A DNA stretch of 64,000 nt from Tubulanus polymorphus. Its lineage: Eukaryota; Animalia; Nemertea. The translations under genes were made by a program, and so were the position numbers. The notes below the pieces were generated by a model that worked only from the letters and a program-made list of their open reading frames with translations, was not told where the DNA came from and did not search any database. The stretch lies in assembly GCF_964204645.1 (NCBI RefSeq), contig NC_134026.1, positions 19,626,150-19,690,149 of the forward strand, given 5' to 3'. Positions within the stretch are counted from its first letter, which is position 1, and each line of letters begins with the position of its first letter. Below, in pieces: positions 35,271-49,942 of the stretch.

Positions 35271-36504
35271 ATGACGGATGAAACTTGTGCTCGACCCAAT
35301 GAAACTAGCAAAAAGAATTTAACACACGCTAAGGATTTACATTTACTATTTCAAAACGTTTCTTAGTACAAACTTAAACTAACATCCCATCCATATATCG
35401 ATCTTCGATATCGGACCAACCATTGGATCACTACAGTTGGGGTATAACAACTACAACATGAAGATATGATCATATCACGTTTAGTTTACATAATTTGAAA
35501 TTTAAAAACGACGACTACTACTGTTGATAAACACGCTTTAACCGCAATTTCAAAACTAGAACCAAGGTAAAATAATCAAAATGCCGGCAGTGACCTTGTC
35601 TCCATACATCGGTTTCACAGCTTTTTTACGATAAATCATGTTACATAAATACATAATAATCAGTAGAGATAATTTTTAATTATGTCGAAATTCGATTTAA
35701 TAAGTTGAAATTCGACTTAATAAGTCGGATTATCTCGTATGTGATATAAGGGTCTTCCGTAGAATTCAAGCCAGCGCGAGTTAGTTCCATGTTGATATAC
35801 ATGGTAGTTTTAGTTATCCCCGTTTATCTTATGTACTAAATAGTACATTCATCAGTATGTCGTCTATGCGTGGTAAACACAATCGGATCATCTTTTTAAT
35901 TCGTGTTTACCTTGCCTGTTACCGCGCTGTACTGCGCCGATTGGAGGTAAAAAATGTGTCATATCTTGATTATATCTAATTGATTACAGTTATGATGAAA
36001 ATAAGGATAATACCAATTAATCAAGAATTCAGTTGAGATCGAGTAGAAAAAAAAAACGATAAAACTTACACTGACAATGTGTATTCGCAGTAGCCCGCAT
36101 GACGTCACTCGCAGAAAATTCGCACACATGCCATTCATTTTTCAAACTCATTTTATTCAAGTTCAGTGTTGATCGAATAAATTACATTTATTACTGGTGG
36201 GTTAGTTATCTATTGCATGAGACCATAATTAGAATTTTAATGAATAGGCTACACTTGATAGTTCATACTCAAAAATTGATACATGTTATGGAAACATGTA
36301 ATATCGTACAGAACCAACCATTAATTCGTTTTCGTGTTTTTCGTCTAATGGTGTCGGCACGTGACACCCGCAATGTGTTTACGTTTTCCATCAATTTTAG
36401 AATTTTGAAATTCTGCCGCATATTAACGAGATTAGAATTTTCCAAATCGATTTTGATGAATGGTATAAGTTATATCCCAGAAACGTGGATTTCCTCCGTT
36501 TCTA

Positions 36505-38080
36505 ATATCTTAGTTTTTATCAACATTCACCGTGAGGCCGTTGTCTAAGAAATATTCAAATAGTGTATCTAAATGTGACTGGAGAGAATTCTCATCTTCA
36601 GCAAAAATGACCGTGTCATCAGCATAAAGGATAATGAACAAATTAAGTAAAGTCCCTAGTTCTGGGTCACAATTCACATTAAGCTTTTCAATATACGACA
36701 AAGTTGGTTTACCACGCGTAGCAAAAAAGTCATCAATATCGTTTAAAAATAGGGAAAATAGGATAGGTGATGAATTTTCACCTTGTCTTAATCCTCTATC
36801 TGCAGCAAAATATTGTGATGTGTTACCGTTAAATTTAACACATGATTTTACCGAATTATAGATATTTCTAACTAAGTTCAAAAAATTCCCTGTAATGCTA
36901 CTCTAAATTTTCTCCTTAAAATAACTCGGTAAACCGAGTCAAAAGCCTTCTTAAAATCAACAAAGGCGCAAAAAATCTTATTCCTTGGCTAAAGTACAAT
37001 TCGACGATTGTTTTCAACGTGTAAATATGGTCAGTAGTAGAATATTTTGGTCTAAATCCGGCTTGTGCTTCACTAATTACATTGTTCGAATCGAGGAAAG
37101 TAATTGACAGCCTTTCATTAAGGATACCTGTGAATAATTTACCTAGCGTGATACCTCTATAATATTGTCAGGATTAGTGGGATTGCCTTTCTTTTTAAAA
37201 ACAGGTTTTATTATCCCTATAGACCACGTCTCTGTCCAGTCTTAAGAACTAAATCAAATAGGTTTTGTAATATATTGACTAAACATGGATACCGACTAAA
37301 TTTCAATAACCTATTAGTGATGCCATCTATACCAGATGCCTTATTATTTTTTAGCAATAAGATAGCTTTCGTTACTTCATCAGCTGTTATGTCGCAATTT
37401 TTAACATACGGTTGTCATATATAGGAGGATCATCATTCTGTAGTTCAGTATTATCGTTCACTTCGTGTACATCATGTAAGTCATTTAATTGCATAAAATG
37501 TTCGAAAAAAATATCAATATCAATATTAGCGTCCTAAGTTTTTGCACAAGTTGCAGAATTAAGCATAGCCCAATACTTTTTCGGATTACTGATTTCACAA
37601 TCTCTCAGTTATTTAATAAAAGTTTCCTTCTGTTTTCTCTTACTTTCCCGGATGATTTCTTTTTTATTTCCTTGAAGAGTTCTTGAAAGCATCAATGTTA
37701 GAAGGGGTGGAGCAGCCCCTGTATCTGTTTTTACTATAACAATAATAGTCTTTAAGCGCATCCCTACATCTACGATTAAACCACTTTTTATGAACCGGAT
37801 TTTTGCGTCTTCTATTTTTCCTATGGAACATCAAATTACATTCTTCGGCACTTAACAACAAAGAAAATACAAATCTAGCAGTGAGTTCGTTTACATTGTT
37901 CAGAGACTGATAACCTAGGTCCTGCAATCCTTTCATACGTGAATCATTAAAGCCAGTGTCATATAATTTTGATTCTACCGTCGCGAAAAACTGGTTCGAT
38001 CTAGTATTTTCCCATCTAATTGAAGGTTTTCCATTTACCCGATCGTTGTTCTCATTATGAGCAATACTAGGTCCCTAGAA
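36505..38080 (-). mobile_element. Degenerate non-LTR retrotransposon (RT) fragment
   Basis: GLRQGENSSPILFSLFLND and LYADDTV RT motifs; frameshifted upstream; duplicated at about 51877-53662. Confidence 0.85.
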
Positions 38081-38724
38081 TGTCTACATAAATAGTGCCT
38101 AAGAGGGTTGTTCCGTGTGTCCGCAGCGGCACGTAGTGATACTCGCCTGTCCTATTCATATTGAATGGACTACAACCAGTCTAAGTATAGCAGGGATAAG
38201 TACCGTGACGAATATCGACACAATCAGGTTCGAATCTCTACTGGGAGGATGGCTCGAACGCGATTGAAAGACTTCGTCATCTCGCTCTTGTGAAAGCGCT
38301 TTTGAGCGTATCATGACTCAGTTTAAAGTGTATAAGTTTTTTTGGTGTGACGCTGTGCGTCGAAACTTATACGCTTGCCTGCAGGCATGTCAGTGAAATA
38401 TTTTCGTCAACGTCTAAATACAGCAATGGACTCTAAAACGATTTTAGAGTCTACATCTCTCGTAGGTATAGCTCGTTACATTCATTCCTGAGAGACAAGT
38501 GGGTTCGAATATTGTTGGCTCCTTACAGAGTAGGGGGCAATACTACCTCAAATGCCGTTTCCTGTCGTAATTCAATGGTCGTAGGAAATCAAGCTCCGAA
38601 CGACGTAAAGCAAGCTATATAACATAGGATTGTTTGGAAATGTACGTGTTGCACGGGAAGATTGATTAGTTTTGCCGCCCTGTGCGGTGCACGTTGACAC
38701 TTTGGCGAAACCTTAACTTAGAAA

Positions 38725-39837
38725 ATGACTCTGCTGAATGGCTCTGAAGTGTTTTCGACAACTCGCCGTACCGAACCTGTGTGCAAGTACCCGCCATATA
38801 GGTGGGATTACGCGTTTAGCGTCTATTTGTACTTGGGTGCTTATTTTCCTGCCGCTACCATCGGAATATTACTCAACATCTTCACAATCATAGTGTTCAA
38901 CAAAATGGGAGTCGCTAGCTATCGTTCCATTATTATCCTGGCTTGGTTCGACCTTTTGTTTGTGATCACGGTGTTAATCATGTACCCGCTCCGCATCATG
39001 ATCCTGGTAGGAATAATCGGCTATAGTCCGATATTTGGCTACGATGATTGGTATTTCGGCCACGAGCTGATTATTTGGACGATGCCGTTATTCTTCGCTT
39101 TCCAGATGTCCCGTAACTGGGCGGTAGTGATCATCAACTTGGAGAGGTTGTTTGTCGTGATGAGTCCGCTTTATTATAAGCGTTTCTGGGGCAAGAAACA
39201 GCTCATAGGTGTCACTGTGTTCATATTCATATTTTCTGTTTTTTGCAACTGGCCATTTTTCTTTCCGCTTACTTTACCGGGGCCAGCAATGTGGCCGTGT
39301 TTGTATCACACTCCAGGGCCACGCGTATTCACGATGGGCGCATTCGAGGCCAAAACGATCCGCACCATATTCGATTATAGTGCAGGATGGGCGGGAACGT
39401 TTACTAGTTTCACGTATTTGTATATGACGGTCATAGTACCGCTGTTTTCGTTAATCATTGTGAACATCGTTTTATTGTCGTTCATTTTACGCCATCGATT
39501 GGCGAAACGGCGTCAAATGTTGTCAGCGGACGGCGTTTCGAAAGACAGCGGGTCTCAATCGACACACGAGGCGAAAATCTTGAAAATGGTCTTATCCATC
39601 GTTCTCGTATTCTTTGTTTGTGAGATTCCGGCCGGGTTAGACAGACTGTTTTACTTCGTCTGGAGAAGTTTTGGTGTAGGGGTCAACATCAGTGGTGACC
39701 ATTCGTTGGTTATGAGAAAAGTTGGTATTTTTCTCAGCTGTGTTGACTCATCGCTCAACTTCATCATTTATTGCGCTACGAATGATATCTTTAGAAAGGC
39801 GGGCAGTAAATTATTTCGCTTGTATTATTTCAGTTAG
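38725..39837 (+). CDS. Intronless rhodopsin-class GPCR paralog, 370 aa
   Basis: Same 7TM motifs; high similarity to 28589-29704. Confidence 0.92.
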   Translation: MTLLNGSEVFSTTRRTEPVCKYPPYRWDYAFSVYLYLGAYFPAATIGILLNIFTIIVFNKMGVASYRSIIILAWFDLLFVITVLIMYPLRIMILVGIIGYSPIFGYDDWYFGHELIIWTMPLFFAFQMSRNWAVVIINLERLFVVMSPLYYKRFWGKKQLIGVTVFIFIFSVFCNWPFFFPLTLPGPAMWPCLYHTPGPRVFTMGAFEAKTIRTIFDYSAGWAGTFTSFTYLYMTVIVPLFSLIIVNIVLLSFILRHRLAKRRQMLSADGVSKDSGSQSTHEAKILKMVLSIVLVFFVCEIPAGLDRLFYFVWRSFGVGVNISGDHSLVMRKVGIFLSCVDSSLNFIIYCATNDIFRKAGSKLFRLYYFS

Positions 39838-40607
39838 CTTGAAACGCGATCACCAATCGCCCAACCGTCACATTTTCAATATCCTTTGTCGTAGCATTCG
39901 TATTATAATTACGAGACATGTTTTCGAGAAAATATGTTATATCTATTCATATACGAAAAAGTCATTTCGAGCTATGTAGTAAATAGAATGTGTTTTGGAA
40001 ATCCTTGACATTAAGGTGGGAATGAAATTTAGACCAAAAAAACTTTTATCCTATCGATGGATGTTAAGAATTTGCTCGGAAATTTATATCTGTTTTTTCT
40101 TCCGAATGAACTGCAGTTTGATATCATTTAAAATCATTCCATTATTGTTGGTGACACAAACAAACTGACGCTTACCTAGTCTCTCCCCTCCCCCCCCCCC
40201 CCCCAACTATTCTCGATTGTGTTCTTTTCTTCGGTTGGACTAGGGTCCAATTTGTACAATCTTCAAAGCAATCTGCGAATGCCAGCAGCCTTTAAAATCG
40301 AAAATCTGCCCCCATGAAATAATACCGATATACAAGTATATAAGTCTATGTACGTTGGATATTAAGTTTTATTCAATAAAACGATTCTTTAAACGGCCCA
40401 CGCTTCGAACATTATTCCCTCTGGGTTCGGGAATATTTCAAATTAGTTTCATAAATCTTATTGCATGTGTTTCATCAGTTAAGTATTTTACTCAATAAAT
40501 TGTGCTTAGACCCAATGAAACTAGCAAAACAACATCGAAAGTATTTAACACGCTAAGGATTTACAGTATTTACGAATCTAAAACTTTTAAATAAGTATAA
40601 ACTGAAA

Positions 40608-43600
40608 CTAACATCCCATCCATCTTTTGTCCTTCGAAATCGGACCAACCATTGGATCACCACCAGTTCGGGTATAATAACTACAACATGAAGATATAAG
40701 CATATCACGTTTAGTTTACTTAATTTGAAATTTAAAAAGGATGACTACTACTGTTGGTAAACACACTTTATCCGCTATTTCAGAACTGTAGCCGAGGTCA
40801 AATAATGAATTCTGATCCTGCCTGCAGTGACTTTGCCAAGTCAAATTAAACCTACTCCTGTGAAACTGAAGTCAATGTGACTGCAAAACTTGGACCGAAC
40901 ATCAGCGGAAATTGAGTCAAAACTATATGAGCTTACGAGAAACGTCGATAATCTACTTACTATTGTCCCTGAAACATAAAGATTGTGTTTCCATGCATGG
41001 TTGCCGAAAGTATTTCACCTTGCGGTGCGTTCGGAAAATAATCGGCTAACATGTACTTCTTGTTTTTATCCTAACCTTCAGAGAACTCCCAGAAATATCC
41101 GTCCTAAAATAATCGAATGATACTCTTTATGCATCCACAGCGGGGATCGAAATGTACGGTCAGATCTAAGATTTCCACAAGGTATGAGGTATTAGAAAAG
41201 TGCTCAAATTACTAAAGTTACACCGGGGTACACCTATATGTTAAATTAGATACCTTCGATGATCGCGTTTATAACATTACAAAACCTATGGCCAGCTATG
41301 AAATCTTGTTCAAATAACATCTAATATCACATATAGAATTTGACGTTTTCAAATATTGCGCGAAGTTAAGAAGGGATCTGAGCCACCGAGATGAACACTC
41401 ATTATTCCAACGATTACCGGAAACGGTAAGGGATCTCACCTCCGAAAACTAGAGCGCTTTCCGTGCGTTTGTCGTACGCCGCAGCTTGTATCGGTTGACC
41501 CGGTTCCGGAATCATCACATCTCTGACGTCAGTTTTCCGTTCGACACCGCTACCTATCAGATAATTCGTGTTTTACTGTGTTTTCGTGGAACGCATAGGT
41601 CAATCCATCAGGGGCTGTAATATGACAAACGTCTTTATATTAAAAAGCGAAGGTTCGTCGTCCATCTCGTCCATTTTATGCGCTGGAGAGTTGCCAGAGA
41701 GTGTTGCCAGAGGCGCGTCGCGAAGACGTATGCACTGAGAACGTGGTATTTATATAACTCGCAACTAGATACATAAGTACATATAATTTTCTTAGAGTTT
41801 AGAGCTCTCTACACGTAGAAAGTAGTACATGTCAAAACGCGTATGGAGAGGAATATAGTTGAAACCTCGAAAAACAAGATGTGAAGCTAGATTTCAACAA
41901 CTACCGAAGGAAAATTCAGCATACAACTTTTAATGAAACGATATGGGGCATTAATCATCAATGAAGATACTGACAAGATATAACGGCATCGAATGAGCCC
42001 TGACATGGTCCTGAGCCTGGTCTCATAGTTTTAGGTTCGTTTGGCTTGGCGGTCGTCCGTGGAACTGGACCACCTTTCTTACCTAGAATGAATATATGTT
42101 TTGAAATCATAGAATATTTTGGTCGATGTTATCTGACTCATCCTCTAGTCCTTCCTTTTTATTAGGCATACACGCTCTTGTGATCTTATCGTCTAAAATT
42201 TTTAAATAGAGAAGTAAAAGAATTTGAGTTGAGAGTTCTCAAATATAGTGATGAGGACTATTTTTGACCTGAGTTGCTTTTGCGTTAAGTTGGACTCACC
42301 ATACAGCGATTGAATAGCGCGGACATCGTCGTCGGGAAGTCGAAATTCTTCAAAGTTCGTATGGCCTTGATACACGGCGCCATAAGGGCCTCGGGGACTT
42401 CTGAGTGGGATAGTCCCAGACCGTGTCCGAGTTCGTGCGCGGCGACGATACGAAGGTTCGTTCCGTCGTCCAATCCTTCCGTCCACGTCTCATCCTCGTC
42501 GAAATGCGCGCGTCCATCTTCCGGGTAGAAACAGTGGGCCAAAGTACCACCTGGAATTTCATGGCACTGGCGGCATAGAGAAAATGTGTATGATAACATC
42601 ATCGGTTTAATGATGCCGTTAAGTACCTGGTCCGTCGAATGGATAACCGCAGCCGTGTTCGAATGGGCCGAATCCAAGTTCAAAATCCGCTTTAGCGTTC
42701 CTTGACACTTCACTGAATTCTATATTTGTCACTTCGTGCCAATAATTAAAAGCCCGTTCGAAAGCAATTCTATGATTGATCAAGAGAAATGCATATGGTG
42801 TACATGGCGATTTTTAGCATACAGATAATTACCAAAGTTTTCGCTATATTTTTAGATATGTAATTCATCGATCATTGTAGACTTCTGTAATGATTTTTTT
42901 TTTCGTTTTTGGAAAACGGCAATTTAAGCGATTTTACTGCAATAGTTTTACTGGTTTTTTTCCATTTAAATTCTCAACAGTTTATATAATGCCCTATCTA
43001 GTCACCTTTGCTCATTTTCGGACATGTCCGGCGAGAAGTTAAGAATCTTCCATGTAAACGTATTTTTCGGCCATTTGTCTAGAAATTAGTGTCAAGATAC
43101 GTATTAATTCGACGAAAGAGATAAAGGGAAATCATTTAGCTATTAAGGTTTATCAATTCCACCAATTTCATAGTTGCGGAACTTGATCGAACACAGTCGA
43201 AACATTGTCGATTAAAGAAAGGTATGATTAAGCACGATAAGCCTCATTCTTCAAACAGAAAATGTATTTGCAATAATTGTAAAATCTTTTCAAAGGTATT
43301 CCGACGGATGGAGTTTACGTACTAAATGTTTTGTATATATCTGGAACGGCGAGATTAGGGGTTGACGTTTTCCTATCAGGCATACCACAACGAGGAGCAG
43401 CCGTTTAGGTTATTGTTTCCGTGTCAAGGACGCCGGTCTCCGGAAGCATGGCCATATGCTGAAATTCTCTAAAAAGAAAAGTTTTCGCTGTTTAGCAAAT
43501 ACTCTCGTGGAAAACGTGCGTTCGAGGCTCTTTTATATTAGCGATTATTTCTATCAGGTCATGTGGTTAGAATTTGCTTTATTTAACGAAGTAGCAACTG

Positions 43601-44832
43601 CAATAGACAACCTTATAGACAATCCCGAAATAGATTTGACCATTCCTTTCATTACAGAAGATATTATTTCGACGGAACGATTACGTTTGACCTTTGACAG
43701 CCAGTCGACGAAATTCATAAAAGAACAACATGCTTCCGTTCGGAAGTAGTTTACATTGCGAAAATGTCCAACCACCTTCGAAAGTAAATGATTGCCTTCC
43801 TTCTAGCGACATAGCTGTGTTGGCCCTTGGCTCCTGGCGGTAGCGTTTCCAAATAGCCGTAACGTTCCAGATAGCCCTATGTTAAAATATAGTGAAATCC
43901 CACTGCCGGGGTCGGCTCATTTGAAGAAGCCGTTTTATTGAGCCCGATGTAAGCCTTGGTGCATTCATTCTTTCATATCTAGAACATTACTATCACTTTA
44001 CTAGCGAAACGGAAATCGACTTAAGCATCTTGGATATAACTTATACCATCCATAAAAATCGATTTGGAAAAATTTTTTTTCGTTAATACGCAGCAAGATC
44101 TCAAAATTCTACAAATTGTTGGGAAACGTTAACACGTTGCGAGGTCACGTGCCGACAATATCAAATGAAAAACAAAGGGTTTATGGTTTGTTATGGCGAT
44201 ATTTCATGTTTCCTAAACATTTAGAAGTAGCCGACATTGGCCATCAACGTATAAGCTTCCTTTACCAATGATGGCACCAATGTCGAAGGCCTTTTTGGTT
44301 ACTCTGAGTACGGACTTTTTTCCCAAAAAAAAGTAGGTGGGCAAAGGGAAAAAAAGAAAAAAAGAGGTTTTCTATAATAGACTTTTTGAAATTGAAGGAA
44401 CAGAAAAGAAATTAAAATTGTGATGAAACAAAATAATGATGGAAGGAATGAAAAAAGAACTAACTCTTTTCGCAAATCACGAAAATTAAAAAATCACAAA
44501 TTGAAAATTCCGATGAACATAACTTAGAGATTGAAAGTACTGATGTAAACACGAAGGAGGATTTTTTATTTGATAATCTTTGCAGAATTCCCCGGAACCG
44601 TACTCCAGATAATTAACAAAGACTGGCATATATGCCCGCATTGCTTATTCAAATTTGTATGCATCATCGGGAGCTATAAAGTACTTATGTATATATATAT
44701 ATATATATATCCATTCTCATGAAGTATATATTGTTTACTCACGTCCGGATCGACTGTTTTATTCAGATTTCGGCCATCGACAGTGAAACCTAAAAAGGCC
44801 GCTGCGGCTACAACGAAAACGACTGCATTCAT
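40608..44832 (-). pseudogene. Matrix metalloproteinase (signal, PG-binding, pro, catalytic, hemopexin) pseudogene
   Basis: Signal exon MNAVVFVVAAAAFLG (44832); YLERYGYL; cysteine switch PRCGMPD; [11 protein letters not shown] plus ALMAP Met-turn; final exon ...RWMGC* (40608). Lesions: in-frame TAA before PRCG, a 1-bp deletion near 42371 (APWY becomes APCI), and loss of one hemopexin exon near 41427. Confidence 0.85.
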
Positions 44833-46210
44833 ATTCGACGTTCAAAAATGCTCTACTCGACTTACGGCTAGGTTTCTAATTCATTCGATTGTTTGGACTG
44901 TTTGAGACTCCGTTTACCCGTTACGTGTTTTCAAACGTTGTTAACATGATAGATTCGAATACATTCGAGACAGCTACAAGTGCATTTTTTACAATTAATT
45001 TCTATCACAGCGGATATGTTCGATCGACATGACACGTATAAAAATGACTGATGTGTCATTTTGAATTAAATGCGTAGGGTGTTGCCCTAATTTACTCCCA
45101 CCATCTCTAACATTTAATCTTCCCCTTTTATATTTGCCTTTGCAATTTCGTACTTCCATATGTTACTCGCGAATCATGCATCACTCTATTGTCACATATT
45201 CAAGACTTGATTGCCGTGTATCGTGAATTCTATTCAGATGCAAATTGGTCGAACTTACAACAGTTACATCGTTCTGATGTCTATGACGCAGAGATCTGGA
45301 ACCTACCGCGCTGTTGTGTCACTGATCATTTTGCCTAGTGCCTGTCCGGTTCATATTGGGAGCTTCGGAAATTCGGCTAATTTCCTGATAATGATTAGTC
45401 GCAGGTTCCGCAGTTTATCTTAGCTATCTTATCATTTTGTCCTTTAGTGATTTCACGGTCTCCATCAATTACACACTGATGCTTGTTTTGCATTTTTTTT
45501 CTCTTGCATTTTAAGAATGGTCCAATATTCCTGACGAATTCACTGACCGAGACTGAGTGCGCAGCTTAGAAGATGATATCATTAGCAAATCAGGTATCCC
45601 GCAACACTTCGACCTTTTCTTTGAGATCACGGTTTTTAACCTGTTCCGCATCATGGTCCTGATAGCAGTATTCGGCTACGAACCGATTTTTGGCTACGAT
45701 GATTGGTATTTCGGCCACGAGCTGATTATTTGGACGTTGCCGTTATTCTTCGCTTCCCAGATGTCCCGTAACTGGGCGGTAGTGATCATCAACTTGGAGA
45801 GGTTGATGTCGTGATGAGCCCGCTTTACTATAAGCGTTTCTGGGGCAAGAAACAGCTCATAGGTGTGTAGAAGCAATAGTTATAGGGTTTTTAAGATAGT
45901 GTGTGAGCACGATAGCACACACTAGGTGTATGCTGGTGTGCACACTGAATGCAAATGGCTCGGGTTACAAAAATGGAGTATGTTGATAAGAAAGAGCAGC
46001 ATTTTGTAACTATATTTAATATGTAAGGACTTTTAAGGGATGGTTAGTGTAGTACAGGAGGGAGTAGAATGGAGTAGAAGTAGCCGGGATTGATAATACC
46101 AATTAGGGTGATGTTAGAAGCGGGTGAGGTCATGGTATAGGAATGTAAAGTATAATGATAATAATAATAATTTATTGAGCCTAAAATCCATATAAAATAT
46201 GCTCATTGGC

Positions 46211-47005
46211 TGTGGAGACCACGAATTGATATTGTACTATACGTATAGAATACCTATGTAAGACCTATGTATTATAATCCAAGTCTTTACAGCACTTCGA
46301 TGACCGCATTGTACTTGTCACGTGATTTCAGTAACAACGGAAGCCTTTTCCCTTGCCTCGTTCATTTTACGTGCAAGTCGCGGTAGGAGCTGCATGGTAA
46401 ATTTTGTTATCCCGGAATCATAACGTTTCGTAAGTTTTACCTTTAATTTATTATTATTCTGTGGTCTTCACATTCCGTTAATACGCATTTCCAGTAAGAT
46501 TTACAGCTAATTTCAGTTGTTGAATATCATTAGTTATTGAACATTTTCGTCATTTTTGCCGGGTTAAGTAATATACTTTTGCCGGCTAATTCCGTCGTAT
46601 TTGTATGCGTTCTGGATTAAATACGTTTCCAGCGGTGTGTACAAATCGTTCGTTCATACTAAACATTTTCAATTGAATGTCCATATTCTGGCCAGTGATA
46701 TGTCACTCGGTCGTTATTTAGTCATATTTATCACCTAGCCTACCACTGATATCGGTTTCGGAGAACTTCCATTTCCGGTTAAGTTTTTTCGTAGGCCATT
46801 CCGGAGCATTTTAGCTCCAACTTATTACTGTATTTGGTATTTACAGAAATCGTGAAGTGAATTATTGCGAATATTGTCGTCTGGTCGTCTCCAGTCGTGG
46901 AGAACTGAATCGAACTCCGCAATAAAAGTGTATTGAAACTGAAATAAATATATTTGTACCAAGAAAGAACTTGTCACTCGCGTCATCGGGATATCAGCCG
47001 TTACA
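46211..47005 (+). mobile_element. Solo LTR (TG...CA) with 5-bp TSD
   Basis: TTGGC|TGTGGAG...CCGTTACA|TTGGC; AATAAA at 46921; inserted in the 3' tail of a LINE. Confidence 0.75.
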
Positions 47006-47009
47006 TTGG

Positions 47010-47335
47010 CTTTACAATATAAAGACACAATTTAAACATAAAGAGAGAAAAAACAATTTACATCATTAGTTAAAAGCTTTAGTGAACAAATGGGTTTTAA
47101 GTTGCGATTCAAAAACATCAGTAGAAGGACTAGATTTAATTGCATCTGGTAAGGAGTTCCAAAGTAGTGGGGCGGAGTAAGAAAAGGCCCTGTGACCCGC
47201 AGAGACTAGATTGACACGAGGGATGACTAGAAGTGATTGACTGTTTGATCTTAACACTCTAGAGGATGCCTTGTATTGCACTAATGATTTCAAATATTGT
47301 GGGGCCTGACCATTCAAGGATTTATAAGTCTAAGG
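47010..47335 (-). mobile_element. L2/CR1-like LINE 3' end (tail continues at 46156-46210)
   Basis: APQYL...LRS...GHRAFSYSAPLLWNSLP...LKTHLF motif; (TAA)n/TTTATT tail on the far side of the solo LTR. Confidence 0.8.
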
Positions 47336-47942
47336 TTATATAAGTCTAAGGTTTTTGGTTCAGGGAGAGTACAAAAGAGAGTACAAAAGAGAGTACATGG
47401 GAGAGAGTACAAAAAGAGAGTTGGGGAGATAAAGCTGAATTGATGGTGTAAGCAGTAGAGAGAAAGTAAAGTAAAGCTTGATCATACCAGATAGAAGTGT
47501 TAGTAGTTAATATCTACATAAGGAAGAGGCAGCTCAGCGAAAGGAACCCGTTACATAAAAGATCCAGCGGCGCAGCATTTATTGAGAAGAACGAGGTGAC
47601 ATAACAGTGGTGGAGGTGGTAGTCCCATTGCAAGTAGTAGAAATCGTAATACCATTACAGGTGTCACGGTGTTCATACTTATATTTTTAGTGCAGGGAAT
47701 GGTGCAGTGATACTTATATAAATAATGCTATTAATAATATAGCTAACAATGATTGTTCAATTCTATGATAATAGAAATGACAATAGTGACAAAATGGAGA
47801 TGGAATAATCATAATAAATAATAATAAAAATGATAGCAATAGCAAAAATAATAATAATAACAATAATAGTACTGATAATAATCATCGTGAACATCGTTTT
47901 ACCGTCGTTCATTTTACGCCATCGATTGACGAAACGGCGTCA

Positions 47943-48351
47943 TAATTCAATTCAATTCACACTTTATTGATCCTTGTCGAAACATTACAACATCAGATAT
48001 ACAACAATAAAGTGAACACATTACAATCACAGTTACAAACAAGAGAGACAAGTTGAAAAAGAGAAGAGAGAAAAACAAAAACAAAAACATATGTAACAAA
48101 AATACGATTTACAAGTAATGAAAAAAAGGAACATTTACACGTTCATGACTCGAGCGATTGCCGTTTAATGAAGATATTATTTATAAATTTATTAATTATT
48201 GGAAAAATTTCTGTGTCATCACGACCATAAGACATAATAAATTGAAATTGTGTATCTTCCGAAAGGTCCAGGAAATCAGTAAATTTTGATAATTTTGAAA
48301 AACATTTAGCACGTAGATCGCCGTAAACCGCACATTCCATGACGAAGTGGA
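47943..48351 (-). mobile_element. Non-LTR retrotransposon 3' fragment
   Basis: HFVMECAVYGDLR C-terminal motif; (AATTC)n tail; interrupts the GPCR pseudogene. Confidence 0.7.
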
Positions 48352-49942
48352 CGCCATATGTTGCCAGCGCACGACGTTTCGAATGAGCGCGTGTCTCCGA
48401 AACACACGAGGCGAAAATCTTGAAAATGGTCTTATCGATCATACTCGTATTCTTCGTTTATGAGATCCCGGTCGGGTTAGACAGGATTTTTACTTTTCCT
48501 GGGTGACTTTTGATATACACGTCGACATCAGTGGTGACCATGCGATGATCATGAGAAAAGTTGGCATTTTGCTCGGCTGTGTTGACTCGTCGCCCGACTG
48601 GATCATTTATTGCGCCATCAATAATGTCTTTAGAATAGCGTACAGTAAATTATTTTGCTTGAATTATTGCACTTAGTTCAAAATGCGATCACCAATCGTC
48701 CAACCGTCACGAAGTGTCGTGAACCATTTGTATTTTCAATTTCTTTTGCTGTAGCATTTTTATCATCTTGACGAAAAAATGTTTTTGAGAAACTGTGATA
48801 GATTTAATCATATACAGAAAAAAACAAATCATTTGGAGCTAGAAGAGGAGAGAATGTGACTTTGAGATGATGAAAAAAGAATTAAAAACTGTTGTCGTAT
48901 CGATCGAGTATGAATTAAGAATTTGCTCAGAGATTTGTATCTCTTATTTCCCGAATGAAGTGCCACTATCAGCGCTGATTGACAACCGGGTTCGAGTCCT
49001 GCTGGCTGCTTACAGTGTGCGGGCAACACTTCAAAGGCCGTCTCGTCGTTATTTTAAATGAATAATCCAATAGGGTTAGTCTTGGGAAACCAAGATATGA
49101 AAGACGTAAAGCCAAAACAAACAACAAACAAACAAGTACAAGTTTGATATCATTTAAAAATCATTTTTAGATTATTTCATGATATCCCCGCTCCGTGAGA
49201 AATGGAAAACGACGAGCTTTGTTTGAAGCAAACTAAACAAGACATGTAGTTGATTGATTAAAGGTAATATATTAATGCAAATGACAGATGAAACTAAGTG
49301 ATTACAAAATGTTTGCTAATTGATACATGCATGTACATATTTTGCAAAAAGTTTGGCCAAAAAAATCGCCGAATTTCCTTCGTATGATGTGACAACATTC
49401 ACAAATAAGTACGTCCAATACGAATATATACAAAAAATTACATTTGAAAAATGGAGGGAATATGGGTGGGATAACGAATTGAAGTAGGTGAAACGAAGTA
49501 TCCTACTGGTGCTTCTATGCTCTCTAGGATTGCGAGGAAATGCTCAGCCATGTTGTCAGGATAAGCGGTGGCAAAGAGCAATTGACAACTGATAAGCATC
49601 ACGTGACTCCGCGTGATCTCACACAACATTTATTTTCGATTTTACTCGGCGATTTTTGGCCAAACTTCTCGCAAAATATATACATGTATGTTTCAATTAG
49701 CAAAAATCTTACAGTTGTCAACTTAGTTTCATCTGAAAGAATTTAACACGCTAAGGATTTACATTTACTAATTCAAAACGTTTCTTAGTACAAACTTAAA
49801 CTAACATCCCATCCATATATCGTTCTTCGATATCGGACCAACCATTGGATCATTACCAGTTCGGGTATAACAACTACAACATGAAGATATGATCATATCA
49901 CGTTTAGTTTACATAATTTGAAATTTAAAAACGATGACTACT

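Larger units (their letters stand above)
45608..48677 (+). pseudogene. Shattered GPCR paralog
   Basis: Homologous pieces at about 45608-45865, 47659-47688, 47879-47942 and 48352-48677, separated by insertions; frameshifts and deletions. Confidence 0.8.

Noticed and set aside
36099-36548. 149-aa ORF
   Set aside because: Broken by a stop and frameshift in the duplicate at 51036-51467, crosses a deletion junction into LINE sequence, and has no motif.
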